A stretch of 64,000 nucleotides of DNA. Source: Azolla caroliniana. Its lineage: Eukaryota; Plantae; Polypodiophyta. The stretch lies in the NCBI GenBank assembly GCA_043228905.1, contig JBHGNT010000001.1, positions 10,416,001 through 10,480,000 of the forward strand. Reading direction: 5' to 3'. Position 1 is the stretch's first letter. The number at the start of each line of letters is the position of its first letter. Made by a program: the position numbers and the translations under genes. The notes under the pieces are model-generated. The model had not been told where the DNA came from. It was given only the letters and a program-made list of their open reading frames with translations, and ran no database searches. Below, one piece after another: positions 49,228-63,019 of the stretch.

Positions 49228-52200
49228 TTAATAATTTGCTAGTGCAAGTTGTTGTACTACTTTTTGAGCACCAGGAACTAAAAGAGGTTTCATGCCGAGC
49301 CGATGTGGAATTTGAATTGGAATTGAACTTTGGATTGGAATCGACTTCGTGCTAGGAGTAGCACCAATGTGTTCACACGAGTGACAAGTGGTAAGGTTAC
49401 CATGACTATAGATATTATTATTATTATGGTCATGAGAAATATGATGAATAAGTTGCGGTAGAATGGCATTGTTTTTAAAACTTGGGTAATGATAATTGGG
49501 GCTCAGGCTTGATGATGTTGGCAATGGTGCTGCATGTCCGAAAGATGTTGTGCCACGCCGAAGTTCATGGAGCTCTTGTTGTAGACGTCGATTCTCCTCA
49601 GTTAGAGACTCGCAACATCTCTTCAAGAGTTCACAATCCACCTCTGTTTGTTTAAGCTTTGTCCTAGCCCTCCTATTCTGGAACCATACTTCCACTTGCC
49701 TTGGCCTCAAGTTTAGTTGCTTTGATAGTTCATTCTTTTGCTTCTATCAAATACAAGAGATGTTTTCAATTTATAGGGAATTCTCAAATATGCATAGAAC
49801 TATTGACACTAACTATCTAATACAAACATTTACAATGTTTGGCAATGCAATATGTCAAAAAGCGTCAAGCATATCATCACCAATTCTTAGACACATTAAG
49901 CTACGTAGTCGTTTAGGGTTCTAGGTCTAAGGCTAAAGTCCATTTTCACCTTGTGTTTCCCTTGTCTACACATTAATCTAACACACACACACACACAAGG
50001 TCGTTGATGAAGCAATGTTGGTCAACATGATACCTAACTAGAAATTTTGGTGCACTCGGAAAGTGTGGACCATGTAACAACCTAAAGAGTATAATGTACA
50101 TTTGTTCATGTAATGGGAGCATTCCTTAATTCTTAATGTTAATAGTAGTGAACAACATTAATAATGAACTTTTGCAAGACTCCACATACTTAGCCAAATG
50201 TAGTGGGAAGCACGTTTCCATGTGCCAAGTGACATATCCAATATTCTTTCAAAATAATGTTTCCTAGCAATCGCGTTCACCATTATCAACTTCTCCATAG
50301 GCTTTTAAGGAGGTCATGTGGTGGTTGAGCATGCCATATGTACAAGGATATGGGTAAGATCATTACTTTACTTGTAGGTAAATATACAACTTTCCCATGC
50401 CCAAACCTCCAAGACTCGATAGTGTAGAGACACCCAAGTGATCACGATCCACATCCTAATTGAGAGAGATAATCCCAAACATCTATGTCCGGACAATGGG
50501 TTGTGAATGTTAGGGCTCAAGCTATCTAGGTATAAGGTGATACTAACTTCGTCTAACCGTGAAAGTATAAATGGCTTACAAGTTTGGTGGAAACACAAGT
50601 GGATGATTTCCCCATACTTACTCAAATCCCTAACAATGCTCGGCATTATGAGCTTCTAGTTCTCCCAAGGGGGGCGACACTCCCATGTCAGATGTCCTAG
50701 CTTGCCAGGACAATGGGAGGGGCCTAGGCCCAAGACCCAACCGAAGCACGAGACATGGCTAATTAGGCAACCTTGTTGAGGCATCCTGGAGCCGACCGGG
50801 CTCCATTCACCTAAAGCATAAAACGTTGGTAGAGGCTTTGTTGCTAGGTCCAGGCTCCAGCATGAATTTGCTGCTATACACACACGCACGCACACATACA
50901 TACATACATACATACGTACATGCATGCATGCATACACACATACACATACATACATACACACACACATACATACATACATACATACATACATACATACATA
51001 CATACATACATACATACATACATACATACATACATACATACATACATACATACATACATACATGCATGCATGGGACATGATGTTGCATCTGTGGGCTTCT
51101 TTGGAGAGATGCATTTGAAGCTGGATGATTAACAGTTAAAATGTGACTGATGGGTGATTAATTGATGGACTAATTACCGGATTAAGAGTGCTGTGCTGCT
51201 TGAAGCTCTCCTCCAGCAGGGCTGACTGCTTCTTGGACAGCCTCAGCTTCTTCCTGCTGTTGTTATTCTTGCTCTTCTTCTTGTCGTTTGATTTTCCTTC
51301 CAAATCATCATCAAGAACCTCATCGTTCTCCCTGATTTTAATTTTGTCACTGTAGTTCTTACTGTTGTCCATGCCCCTTATTGTAGGGCTGGAATCAGAG
51401 GCTGGCATCATAAGATGCATCAGTAATATCGATCGATTACTGCTTCTTCCATCATCATCTTCTTTATTGTTACTGCTATTCTGATTGTTGTTGTTATAGC
51501 CATCAAATGTTGTAGTTGTAGTAGTATAGCCATTCCCATAATTAACCCTAATCAGTGATTCATCATCATTAACCATCTTGTCACCATCATCAGCATCATC
51601 ATAACCATTATTATTCTGATCTGATCCTCCGCCTCCTCCTTCTTGTTCCTCTTCTTCCAGTTCATCACCACTGCTGGTAGCTAACATACTGTCCCCTCCA
51701 TGACTTGGGCTAGAATTGGCTGGGATTTGGTTCACATCTATATCTAGCACATTATGACGATTGTGATTAAGAAGAGCATAATTGTTATGACTATGATGGT
51801 GGTGCAGCTGGGGAGGACTATACTGATTATGATAGGCATGATTAGTATTACGTTGATTCTTAATATTGCTGCAGGGCCTTACAAGATTGGGGTGGATCAT
51901 AGCCATATTATTGGTAAGTTTGGAAGGATCGACATGAGACGTGTCATCATGTGGATGGATTAATGGGAGCTGGAGGTCTAACTGGGTAGGGTAAGCATGA
52001 ATCACACCAAATGTTGGGTTAGGGTGAGGAGGAGAGAGGGAGAGGTCCATAGACAGATTAAGGTTGAGGATTGAATTGGGGCTTAGATTAGGGTTAGGGT
52101 TAGGGTTAGGGTTAGGGTGTGGTGGAGAATGGTGATGATGGGAGGAGTTATAATGATTAGAAGGAGCACTATAATTAGGGGAGGTGCTACTATAGTTAGG

Positions 52201-52284
52201 GGGAGCATTAGTGGGAGAGTGGTTAGGAGGGGTGATTGAGGAGGCAGGGTCCTTCTTCTTCATATGCTCTTTGAGTTGCATCAT
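49228..52284 (-). CDS. Class II homeodomain-leucine zipper (HD-Zip II) transcription factor, 2 exons, ~540 aa
   Basis: Exon 1 52284-51178 ends [26 protein letters not shown]|GTAATT; exon 2 49743-49228 reads [54 protein letters not shown], then CHSCE (CPSCE-like); N-terminal LxLxL EAR motifs and IDVNQIP motif. Confidence 0.95.
50877..51070. repeat. (ATAC)n / (AC)n microsatellite in the HD-Zip intron
   Basis: Seen directly. Confidence 0.97.
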
Positions 52285-52337
52285 GGAAAACTAGTGAACA
52301 ATGAATGGTTAAATGAGACCAAATATAAAGTTTGATT

Positions 52338-52338
<1 letters not shown>

Positions 52339-52380
<42 letters not shown>

Positions 52381-52387
52381 TTATATA
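52339..52387 (-). promoter_or_regulatory. Putative TATA box (TATATAAATA, 52387-52378) followed by a (GA)n tract in the HD-Zip II leader
   Basis: About 95 bp upstream of the ATG on the minus strand. Confidence 0.6.
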
Positions 52388-55300
52388 TGAATGTGTTTGT
52401 GTGTGTGTGTAGAGAGAGAAAGAGATGAGATGGGATGGGATGGGATGGCATGGCATGAATGATGGGGCTCATCATCACCATCACCATCACCATCATCATG
52501 ATTCATCACCATACTCATCATTAATATATTTTGTGTAAATAATAATAATAATTATTATTATAATCAAATTCCTTTGTTGTGATTTGGCTCTCCCGGACCC
52601 CCGGTGGTGTCTGCGGGGGTAATGAATTTGGTGGTGTCCGCGGGGTAATGAATTTGCTCGTTGTATTTCATATAGCATGTGCTTTTTTAGGCAGCCTAGG
52701 GACAATAGGCTCATGTTTCCCTGTTATGTTCTCTTCCATGCTTTTCGGCGTCGTGGGAATCGGTGGGACACACACATGACTAGGGTACCGAAAACGTATG
52801 TGTCTGCCTTCATTTCTACACACATCTCTCGGTTCTCTCTTATCCATTTCTGCCTCGTCACATTCCGTCCTTCCCTACTAGTTGTACACTTCTTGGTCGT
52901 CCAAATCCTCGACACAAACCTCCCCCATCTTCCTTGTCTCATTCAATGATGCATTTTTTGGCACCTATTCGATTCAATGTTACTATGTATGCCTTCTTAA
53001 ATTCATGAAGCTCCCAACGACTACACTCTACACACGTCTCTTGGCCGATCTTGACCCCATCACTCGAAAGTGGATCTCAATTCCACTCTGATGCCCATGA
53101 TCCTTCAAGACACTTGTCATGTGGAGTCCGACTCATTACCTCATTTGCCTTTATCCATTCCCTCCTTTCCTGGACTCATCGTTCATAGCCTTCCATGGTT
53201 TTCAATTGTTTAGGTTCCTTCTAACCAAACTCCCTTATCCGTCTTCAATGTTCTCCCCTTCAACATGCCCATTCCCATGCTCACTCTTGTATATCAACAA
53301 ATAATATGACATACTCTATTTCCTAATAAAACATTCTATGGTTTGGACCTACCACTTCCTAGGTCAACTAACATCCTAATACCCTATTCAATGAATGTAT
53401 ACATGCCCTACCAAATTCTATGATCAAAGTTTCCATAAGCTTTTAGCAAAACGACATAATTTCACCTCATTCTTCAATGCCATGTTTCGCGTTTCCGACG
53501 GCCACTTATCTTTTAAGCCAATACATCATTGGATCGTGTTAGATTGCATGCAATTATGATTGTCATGCAAACAAATGAAACAATTGAATGCATGATCTTG
53601 TTCCATATAAGTGTGCCACATCCCAAGCCCCAACGTTTTCAATAATTTAATACTAAAGTTTCCATAAGTATCAGAAATAGTATTCAAAGGCGTCTTTGTG
53701 CTTTCATAGTCTCATTTATGCTTTGAAATCAATGGAACATTACCTTTAAGCGTTGATTAGTATTTAATTCTTTGTAAACATTCTAGCAAATGTATACATA
53801 TCTTCAACCGTATCACTAAAAGAGCAAGGACATCTAATAATGACATCTTACTGTGACATCTTACTAACAATTGATATCTTCTCCTATTGCATGTCAATGC
53901 GATCTTTGAGAGAACTTACATGTCCCCTCCCGTTTCTAATCATTAAAAAGAAAAGTTTTCCTTGGCAACATGGACCTTACATTTACTGTAGAGTGCTTTT
54001 GTGGAGTAACTTCTAGCATTTTTATGACACAACCTGTAACATGTATGCCTTTACCTCAACCAATTTCTTTGTGCATTCAATACAACATCCCATTACATAG
54101 TACACACAACCCACAGTAACGTGCATACGCCAAAAGGATATGCAAAAAGCCTTAGCAAAGCAACACTTTTTATTGACCTAAAGCTTAGAGAAGAAAAGAT
54201 GTGCTCGTACATCAAGAGATTTGCATTGCAACGATGCCAAAAGTCAAGTTCGTCATGAAGGAGATGTGAGCATCGAAAGTTGTTTGTGTTTGTTTGACTC
54301 TTTGTACACTTTGTTAATTTGTTTTCATATATGTACACTAAGTAAGTTGATACAAATATGCATAAAAACATTATCATGGATTATGCAAGATTGTATAGTG
54401 AAGTTCGTTGCATACCTTTGTTTCCCTTATATCAAATCCATAATAATGGGGCATCCCATATTGCTCATAAGTATGTGAAGATTTCCATGAATGTAATTCA
54501 CAAACACTTCGATCTTCAACTTTGACAATCAATTTTTGTGTTCAAAGACTCCAAATCTCAACTTCCTAAGAAAACAATGTGAAATGTTTTCTTGACTTCA
54601 ATATTGAGGCCCATGTAATAATTGGAATTTCTGTTTTAAGATTTGTTCATTCAATGAGTACGAGAGGTTTTCTTAAAAAAAAAAACAATTTCATGATTTT
54701 TTTACAAATACATCAAGGATGACAAGGAAGATGTTTGTTTCGAGGGCAGGACAATTGTAGTAAATGATCAAGGATTCAAATGTTAATTGTGCAAGTACAA
54801 ATTTCTAGACATGTCCATTCGTGTGTACATGCAAAATACACATGTTTAATAAGATCGTTAAGTAACCCACGATTTTGCTTGTGGAAATGTTTGTGCCTTG
54901 GTCGAAAAGTGATTGGTGATTGCATGATTCATGTATGCCACTCACTATAACAATGAGGTGGAAACATGCATCCATGTTCTTAAAATTCTATTAAAAGAAA
55001 GCAATATCATATTGGTTTTTTACGCTGCCAAACTATGCATATTCAATGAATTCTCCTTTATGTTTGACATTTTTTGCATTCATGCATTTACTATCAGGAT
55101 AGAATTGACAATTCCAACATTGTTTTGTGTCCACACACGACAACCATGATAAATGTTTTTCTTTTTTAACCTATCATTAAACTCCATCGTTCATATCATT
55201 TCTACCTTAATCTTTAATATAACTATTTCGGTTGGAGAGATTAATTACTTTAAAAATGGTCCATCTATCGTCATATGACAATTAACAATGAGAAATCCTG

Positions 55301-58300
55301 AGGAGCCTCACCCCAAACGTTCGCAAATGTACCACCGCAAAATGGTTCGAAATCCACCTTAAAGCCTCACACTAACTAATGCACTTATGTGGACCTCTTA
55401 ATGCTAGAGAAATATAATTACTTAATCATGTTTACCGCATATGTCGTATTAGCTAAAACAAAATGCGCAAATATCAATCATAAATGGCACATATAAGAGG
55501 CATCATGCACAAATACCAGAATTAATGCTTTTAAGATATGGTCCTTAAACACCATAGAAGGATTGTATGGCTCATGTTATGACCAACTACAATCAATTGA
55601 CATATAGTGCTACCCACTTGTCAATAAGATTAAGATTGCATATACATGCTCTAACAAGCAAGGTTGCTTATACAACGGATATACATACATAAACTAACCT
55701 TAACAGTCATTATGTGTTACCAAACACATTAATGCTCCTTCCACTTCAAATACGAACAAGTAGAATAGAAAACCGTAACTTCAATCCCATAGGCACGAGA
55801 CACTTGCCTTGTAAATAATTCCTTTTCATATTTCTTAGTGATGGCATCACTAACCAAATAGTCAATTGGAGTGCTTGTAACATACTCCTGTGTGCAAGGC
55901 TACCATTGTAGTATATTATGCAAGTTGTTTGGAAATGCATAATTTCTAAGTCATGGTTTGGTATGTCTTAAGATCATTGCTACCGTAACATTTATATTTC
56001 TTAACGATGGTGTCACTAACCAAATAGTCAATTGGAGTGCTTGCAACTTTCTCATGTGTACAAACCCACCATTGTTGCATCATATCATGTGTGCAATTTG
56101 GAAATGTAGAATTGCCACCTCATGGTTTGATATGTTTGAGATCATTGTTAAGGTAACAATCTATCATAATCCATATCATTGTTTGAAAGGGAACTTCCCA
56201 GTCGTACTCATTTCATTAGAATGAGGTCAATGTTGTTTTATGAAGATTGTTGACCAACCAATAGAGCTTATTTTACAAGATTTCAAGGTTTGCGATATCA
56301 AGCCATGCATATAGATGAATAACAATGAAATCAACCAGGTAATGTAAGGAAATATGTGTGTATTTCACAAGAATCGGGACCTGACGATAATACAATTGCC
56401 CGTGATGAAAGCACATGTGCCTAGCGTAGAAGATAAAAACGATGAGTGGAGGACTTATTAGAGAAAGAAGATAAGCCGGGTGAAATCTCGAATCAAAGAA
56501 GCCAATGTTGATTACATAAGCCAATTCTGTTAGTTGAGATCTAAAAAGGGGTAGTCAAGGTGTATTAGAAGGGGGAAGATCATTGATGTCCATAGTATAA
56601 AGTTTGAGCCAGTCACTCAATGGTGTGTATCAATATTGGCTATGACCTTCTCGCATAGGCTAACGTCTTATCAATGCACCTTGTCAAAGCAACACCTTTG
56701 AAACATGGAACCAACCACATCTTGCCAGTCTAATAACCTTGTCACATTTTTTTCAAACCTCTCTCTCTCTCTCATGCAACATATCATGTGAGCTCAACAA
56801 GAGGTATGTTTAAACCTCTTTTTATCCATGTATATATTGAATAGAACAAGAGTATGCTTAAATCATGGAAATTCACAATAAACTAGGTATCAAATGCACA
56901 TGCTATAAAGGCTTCACATATTGGCAATGCTCATAGACGATTTTAAGAGCTCAATAGAATTTAACACTTTTATTTGAGTTTAACATAATGTATTTTTAAT
57001 CCCTTTGAAGTTTGCATCCATGTTTTACATACCATATAACGTTGTTATTTAAGCATTCAGGGAAAGTGCAATTTAGTTCATGAAAATTTTACGAACAATG
57101 GTTGTTAATGTAGGCCTTGAACAATATGGTGATTTGTTGATTACGAACACAAGCATGATGGATTTGGGAGCATAATGCCCTCGTTGATAAAAGAACGACT
57201 TTGAAAATTCGATGTTCACACTTGAAATTCGAATAAGTGCTTAGTTGAAATTGATGTAAAAAAGTTTGCTAGTATGTCAAGCATGAAAACGAAATTAGAA
57301 CAATTATGAATAAGGACATGATGTTATCCACGATTGCATGTAGTATACACAAACTTAAACAAAGGTTTCTCAACCTAATTTATAGCAAGATCACATACAT
57401 AAGCTGATTTACGAGAACCTTGAGGATACCTTCGTCTCTTCATATGCTAATACAAATTTTTGCTTTGTTGAATGTTCAACTTTACTTAAAGTGGAAAAAT
57501 GTTATTGATATTGACATGAAGAAGAGGCAGTGTAAAAATGTGACATCACCACGAAACACATCTTATAATGCCCACAATACTAATGTGTGCATTGAGCACA
57601 AACTATTGACATAACTTTCGCAACTAACTATGGATTGTGGGAAGGGTATGGCCCTTCTCATGTTCACTGCCAGAACCCTTCCCAAGATTTGAATTCTATG
57701 GATATGAAAATGTTTGACAAGTTTGGTGGACAAACTAGATTCCCATAGTGTATTTCATATAAAGTTGTTAGTATGCACTCATGCAGTTTACCTCAAACTA
57801 GGAATTCTTCAATGGTTAGTAACTTTAACAACTTTGTGTAACACATGCATACTCGTTCTCGCAAAAATGATAAAAAAACATTGTTAAATGAATTGTAACT
57901 TGTAGCTTAATATATGTAAGTAAAAATACGATGGCCTTGAAATTTATGGATTACCTTGATAGAAGCCAATAACCTATATACTAATGTGAATAGGTACAAC
58001 TTCACTTCCTAAGAGGATCAACACTCTTGCATGCATTGTATGAGGTGGTTGTTTGAGCGAACAATATTTTGTTTTCATTTTTATTTTATTGTCGCCAAAT
58101 ATTGTAGAGCAAGCCTTTGTAGTTGGAACCTCAAAGAACATGGAAATCGAAAGAAAATTATAAAAAAAATTCAAATTCGAGAAGCAACCTAAACCGAAAA
58201 AGAAAAGCCCAACAATACAACGCGGGCTTATACATTCTGGTTAATATGTTGTTGTCAATGGATGATTAGCTCGAGGAACTGGCACAATGTATTTCACAAC

Positions 58301-61300
58301 TATCCCCGGTCCACCTTTTTAATATAGTTGAAAAGTAAAAACTAAACTAGAAAACTATTTTCGATCATTTGTAATATCTATAAACACGGTTTATTCGGGT
58401 CAAACAAAAATGAGGTTTTGATGTGCAAGTTTGCTACAATTTTTTACTTGGAAATTCATAGACTCTTCTTGAATTTTCTTGGGTTCGATTTTATTTTCTA
58501 AATAGAATAATGACATTCAAATAGAACCATGAGTATCAGGGTCTCTGTTTCATAAAGCATGTAGTTTATTGAATTTCGGGAAAATTTTACATGTTCACTC
58601 TTCTTCATGGGGAAGGTTCCCTAAATTAGCTTGTGATTTCTTTTGTAAGCCATTGAAAATGTAAATTTGGTGTATGTGAGACTATGAGGCTATTCACAGT
58701 GGACTACCGACAAATAAACATTAACAATATTGTCATGTTTTGTTTCTCCACCAAGATCCATCCACCATTTTAGTTAGCAGTTCAAAATTCAAATGGTGCT
58801 CATATGATCCTATTAATTCCATTTCAGGAGTACAATATTATAATTGGTATTAGAACAAATTGCATTAAGTAATCATTGAGGATGCATGTGACCTAACATA
58901 ATATTCTTTAAATGCCACCCGATTGAGCATTGGTTGCATGTATTTAACTTAATTGCTCATAGTCGATAAGCGAGCTCTTACCAAATATATTGTCAATACT
59001 AAATAGTTATAAATTTTTCCCAATGAAATATAAAGTAAAAAATATGTTGAAAGTTAAGATATAATGAAACGTGTTACCATAAGTTGGACGATTGTTCAAA
59101 AGCCTCGCCTAAGAGAAATGCGAGTCATGAAGATCTTTCTCATAGGATATTCATTATACATGGATTATTGGATTTTAAGGGTAAATGGACTATAAGCCCA
59201 ACATGACCATCCAAAAAATAAGTTACATATACACAAGAATCCCATGGCAATTAAGGGATTATTAACCAGTTTTCAATAGCATATATACAATACTTTCCCA
59301 TGGCAATTAAGTGATTATTAATGAGTTTTCAATAGCATATATACAATACTTTCATCGAGCTTAATTGGTTTGAAAACCCATTATAAAGAGACATTTGTGA
59401 TATTATATTAAGTCACATACCCCTAGTGAACGAAACCTAAGAATCACATATATTTTATTTATTATATGGTGCATTGCATTGTGTTGCACAACAATGTAAC
59501 TTCAAAGTTTTATATTGCTAGACCTTTCATCATGTTGACTTCAATTCAATATATTAAAATTACTAGCTCTCGAAACATGTTATCATAATATATATATATA
59601 TAGTCGATGTCATACTTTTGCATATTTCCAAGCATAATGACGAAAGTAATTCAATCAATTATTGTGTGAAAGCAACGATTTCATTTCCCCTAAGCACACG
59701 CTTAACTTTCTTGTAAATATTGCATTGTAATCTAATCATTTTGATGGATCAAATAGTCTCAAGGGGCTACGATAAAAAATAAAAAGGTTTATATCACATC
59801 AATGTCTTTCTTTTAAATGATTGATTCGAGTGCAAGTTGCATCGCTTATTGGGTACTTTACTCAAGGGGAAGAACAAAGTATTTACCCTCCTGTATATAA
59901 TATGAAAATTAATACATATAACAAGTATTTATGTGACACAAAGATTGACAAATTGTGCATGTATGTAACTACTTCCACATAGTATTCAAAATGTTATGCA
60001 CGTGATCTCGGCCAAACAAGGGGAAATTACTTCCATCTTGATCTGATTGCATTGTAAAAGTGGTCTATTCACTAGACGAGAGTTAAATTTCCTTCGGTTA
60101 TTGCTAGCATTGAACCATCTCACTAGTTGTGTAGGTGCACACCAGAATGTTTGAAAAAAAGGCAGTGTAACATATGTATTAGAGAAACAAAGACCTCATT
60201 AAGGAAATCACGTACAATGAGCTTTATTCTTTAGTTTGTCAACATAATATCTAACATGCACTAAATATTGTACTTGTCTCTTTTATGGTTGTCTCATATA
60301 TGAAAGATGATATCACATAGACCCAAACCCAAAATATCCCATCATTGTGAATGCTTTTTCAATCCTTTAATGAGAGGTTCAAAGTAATAAATGATGTGAA
60401 GGCATGGGTGATGGGTCTATCATTATCAACTTTATGTACTTTGTAATTTATGTATAACTTGTGGTACTTCATGTCCATATATGTATGTATCCACCATAGA
60501 TTTTGGGATGATTACAATTTACTCCACTCAGATTGCATGAAATAACTAAAAATTATTGGCAAGTTTGTTTGTTGTGATGGAGCCATGTCAATGATACATC
60601 TCACCCAATTGGATTTACAAATTCTCGGCCTAGTTTCGGTCTTCCAAAACCCAATAAACATTAAGATTTTCTTTCATGTGATTTTACAAAGCAATAATGA
60701 AGAAAAAAAGTCAGTAACCTTTGTTAAGAAAGAATACACTTTATTGATCAATGTTTCTGGACAATTCTTTGGCGATTATATTCTTCTTATTTACGCCTTG
60801 ATTTCAAGACACATACTTATGGCAATCCTTTTAACATTGTGACTTCATTGAGTTTATTCATGTGTAATCACTAAATTCCATGATTGTTATGATAGTAGGA
60901 AGATGTTACGAAAACATTATATCAAAATATAACTTCATTGAAAGTTTGGTGTTTTCTTCACTCATTCCGCTTCCTTTTCATTCAGATTAAGACCTCTTAT
61001 TGTGAAAAAATAATCCATATTTGGTTTATCAAGTTAGGCATTGTTACACTTGGATGCGAGCATCTATGCATTGCCTCACGACCAATAAACATATAGAAAA
61101 CATTAATTTAACACAAAATAGGTGTCTATCTTTTGATAACTTGAGATAATAGACTATTGAATGCTTTCACACACACATATATGGCCATAGGTTTCAATTT
61201 GCTATATTGTATCACTTTACAAAATATATTTTTCTTGAGTTTGAGGAATTCAAAACGATGAACATCCTTTGCATGCAATCTTTGAATTCATATCGCACAA

Positions 61301-62479
61301 TGTTTTTCTCTCTCTTAACTTCCATACATTGAACTTGCATTTTGTAGTAGTGTTTTCTTCGATGCATCATGTGGATAGTTTTTTTTGTTAGTCAACAATT
61401 CAAACTAAGTCTACAATGTATTTTCATAAAAGAAACGGTAACTCTGTATTTGAGGCATGGTCTCATAGAAATACATTCACCACCTTTTCATTTTTTGTAT
61501 ACTAGATGTTCTTGTATGGGAAACCTTATAATTATTCTTTTGGAAATCCAACTTATTGCATTTGAACTCCAATTTTCTTTTATATATATAAAGTATATTG
61601 TAATTTGATTTTCAAAACTAATGAAGAACTAGTCTCCATGATCAACCTAGAAGTAATGTACTTGTCTAAAGTTTTGAGTAAACCATCGTTCATAATGGAT
61701 GGTGGAGAAAAATGAAAGTGGGGAAAACATGACAAAACTAGTTAATCTCCCATGTGCCTTTGTTTATGTTGTCTTGTCTTTCTTACACTTTATTATGTGT
61801 TGCTTTGCACTCATTTTGTCTACATACAGTCCCGATTTGTAGTCTACAAATTTTCTCGAAATATTTAAAACATTGTTTGCAAACGGGGTTGGGTATCATC
61901 TAGTTGTAATAATGAATCCTGAACATGCAAAATGAGAATATAGATAAGGGCATCGAGGAAGAAGGAAAACATTCTTCATTTGAGATATTAGAAAAATTTG
62001 AAATGACATGTATTTCTAACAATGATAGAAACAAGCACAATATCACCGCCAAAGAGAAAAGTTTATACAAAAGGAGTGTATCAAGAGATAAGCAATATGC
62101 TTAACTTTTCTTCATGTTCAAGGTAGGCCCCTTGTGAAGCAAAGGTTCAAGAAATATCCTCTTTGTGGGGTAACGGGTCATACCATTTTACAATAAAGTA
62201 CCATGGGGGTGTACAATATTAGCAGTATTTTCGAAGAATTTGACACATTAAGACAATACAATAGGACTAAGGGGGCTTGGTATCTTCCTATACCTATACT
62301 TGTATTTATGAGGGGAGTGGATGGGATATAGCCCAAAGGATAGGGACAATTATAGTGCCAAAGGTTTCGGTACAAAATGTGGACTATATACTATTTATTG
62401 AAGGTTTCAAGTTGTATAATAAACTTTGAAGACTACAAAATCATCCTTCAAATTTTATTACATTTTGATTTTGTTTATT

Positions 62480-62762
62480 ACAACCGTTAAACTGTTTGGT
62501 GGTTTCGTTTAGGCTTGAGCTCGGTTTGGGCTGGCTCAAGTCGAACCGAACTAATTTGGGCCAAACCGGTTACCAAGCCGTTGTAAGGCTTAATTGGGTT
62601 GGCTAAACCGGGTTGGCCAATCGGTTAGCCTAAACTAGTTTAGCTAGTTTAGAAATTGGTTCGGTTCAGGTTTGGAAACTCCCAAACTGATTTAGGCTTA
62701 ATTAGTTTGGTTTGGACAAGGCCAAACCAGTTAAGCCGAAACCGAACCATTGCCGATTCCTA
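62480..62762. mobile_element. One end of a hAT-type element related to the MITE at 12561-13004
   Basis: Ends AAACCGAACCATTGCCGATTCCTA (compare AAACCGAACCGTTGCCGATAGTTA); AAACCG/CGGTT motifs; no partner TIR or TSD found. Confidence 0.65.
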
Positions 62763-63019
62763 TTCATAATAAACACACCGAATTTAACAAGACATTATGT
62801 ACAAGGCACAATGTGATCCATTACCTTTTATCTGTAAATGTATTGCCAAAGTGATAAATATTAGTGTACATAAGACAAAGAGGTGAAGAGAGATTACAAA
62901 TTGCAGACATATGTAAGTATTTGAACATAAGGAAGGTCATAAAAGAGGCTGATGTGATAGGGGTAGTCATGTGGAGTGACATGGGTGAGATGTTAGATGT
63001 GGAAAATGAAGCATCGTCT

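Noticed and set aside
50700-50870. Possible HDV-like ribozyme in the GC-rich intronic island
   Set aside because: Could not build the nested double pseudoknot (P1/P2/P3/L3) by eye
50656-51132. ORFs of MYVC/HTYI repeats (similar ones at 22960-23211)
   Set aside because: Translations of microsatellites
52088-52117. (TTAGGG)5 telomere-like tract
   Set aside because: Only 30 bp and encodes PNPNPNPN inside the HD-Zip CDS; a coding microsatellite, not an interstitial telomere
53000-62400. Short ORFs and small duplications (55840-56130, 59240-59353) in the AT-rich region upstream of HD-Zip II
   Set aside because: No recognisable domains; ordinary intergenic DNA and decayed repeats. Faint transposase-like text near 57100-57300 was too weak to call.
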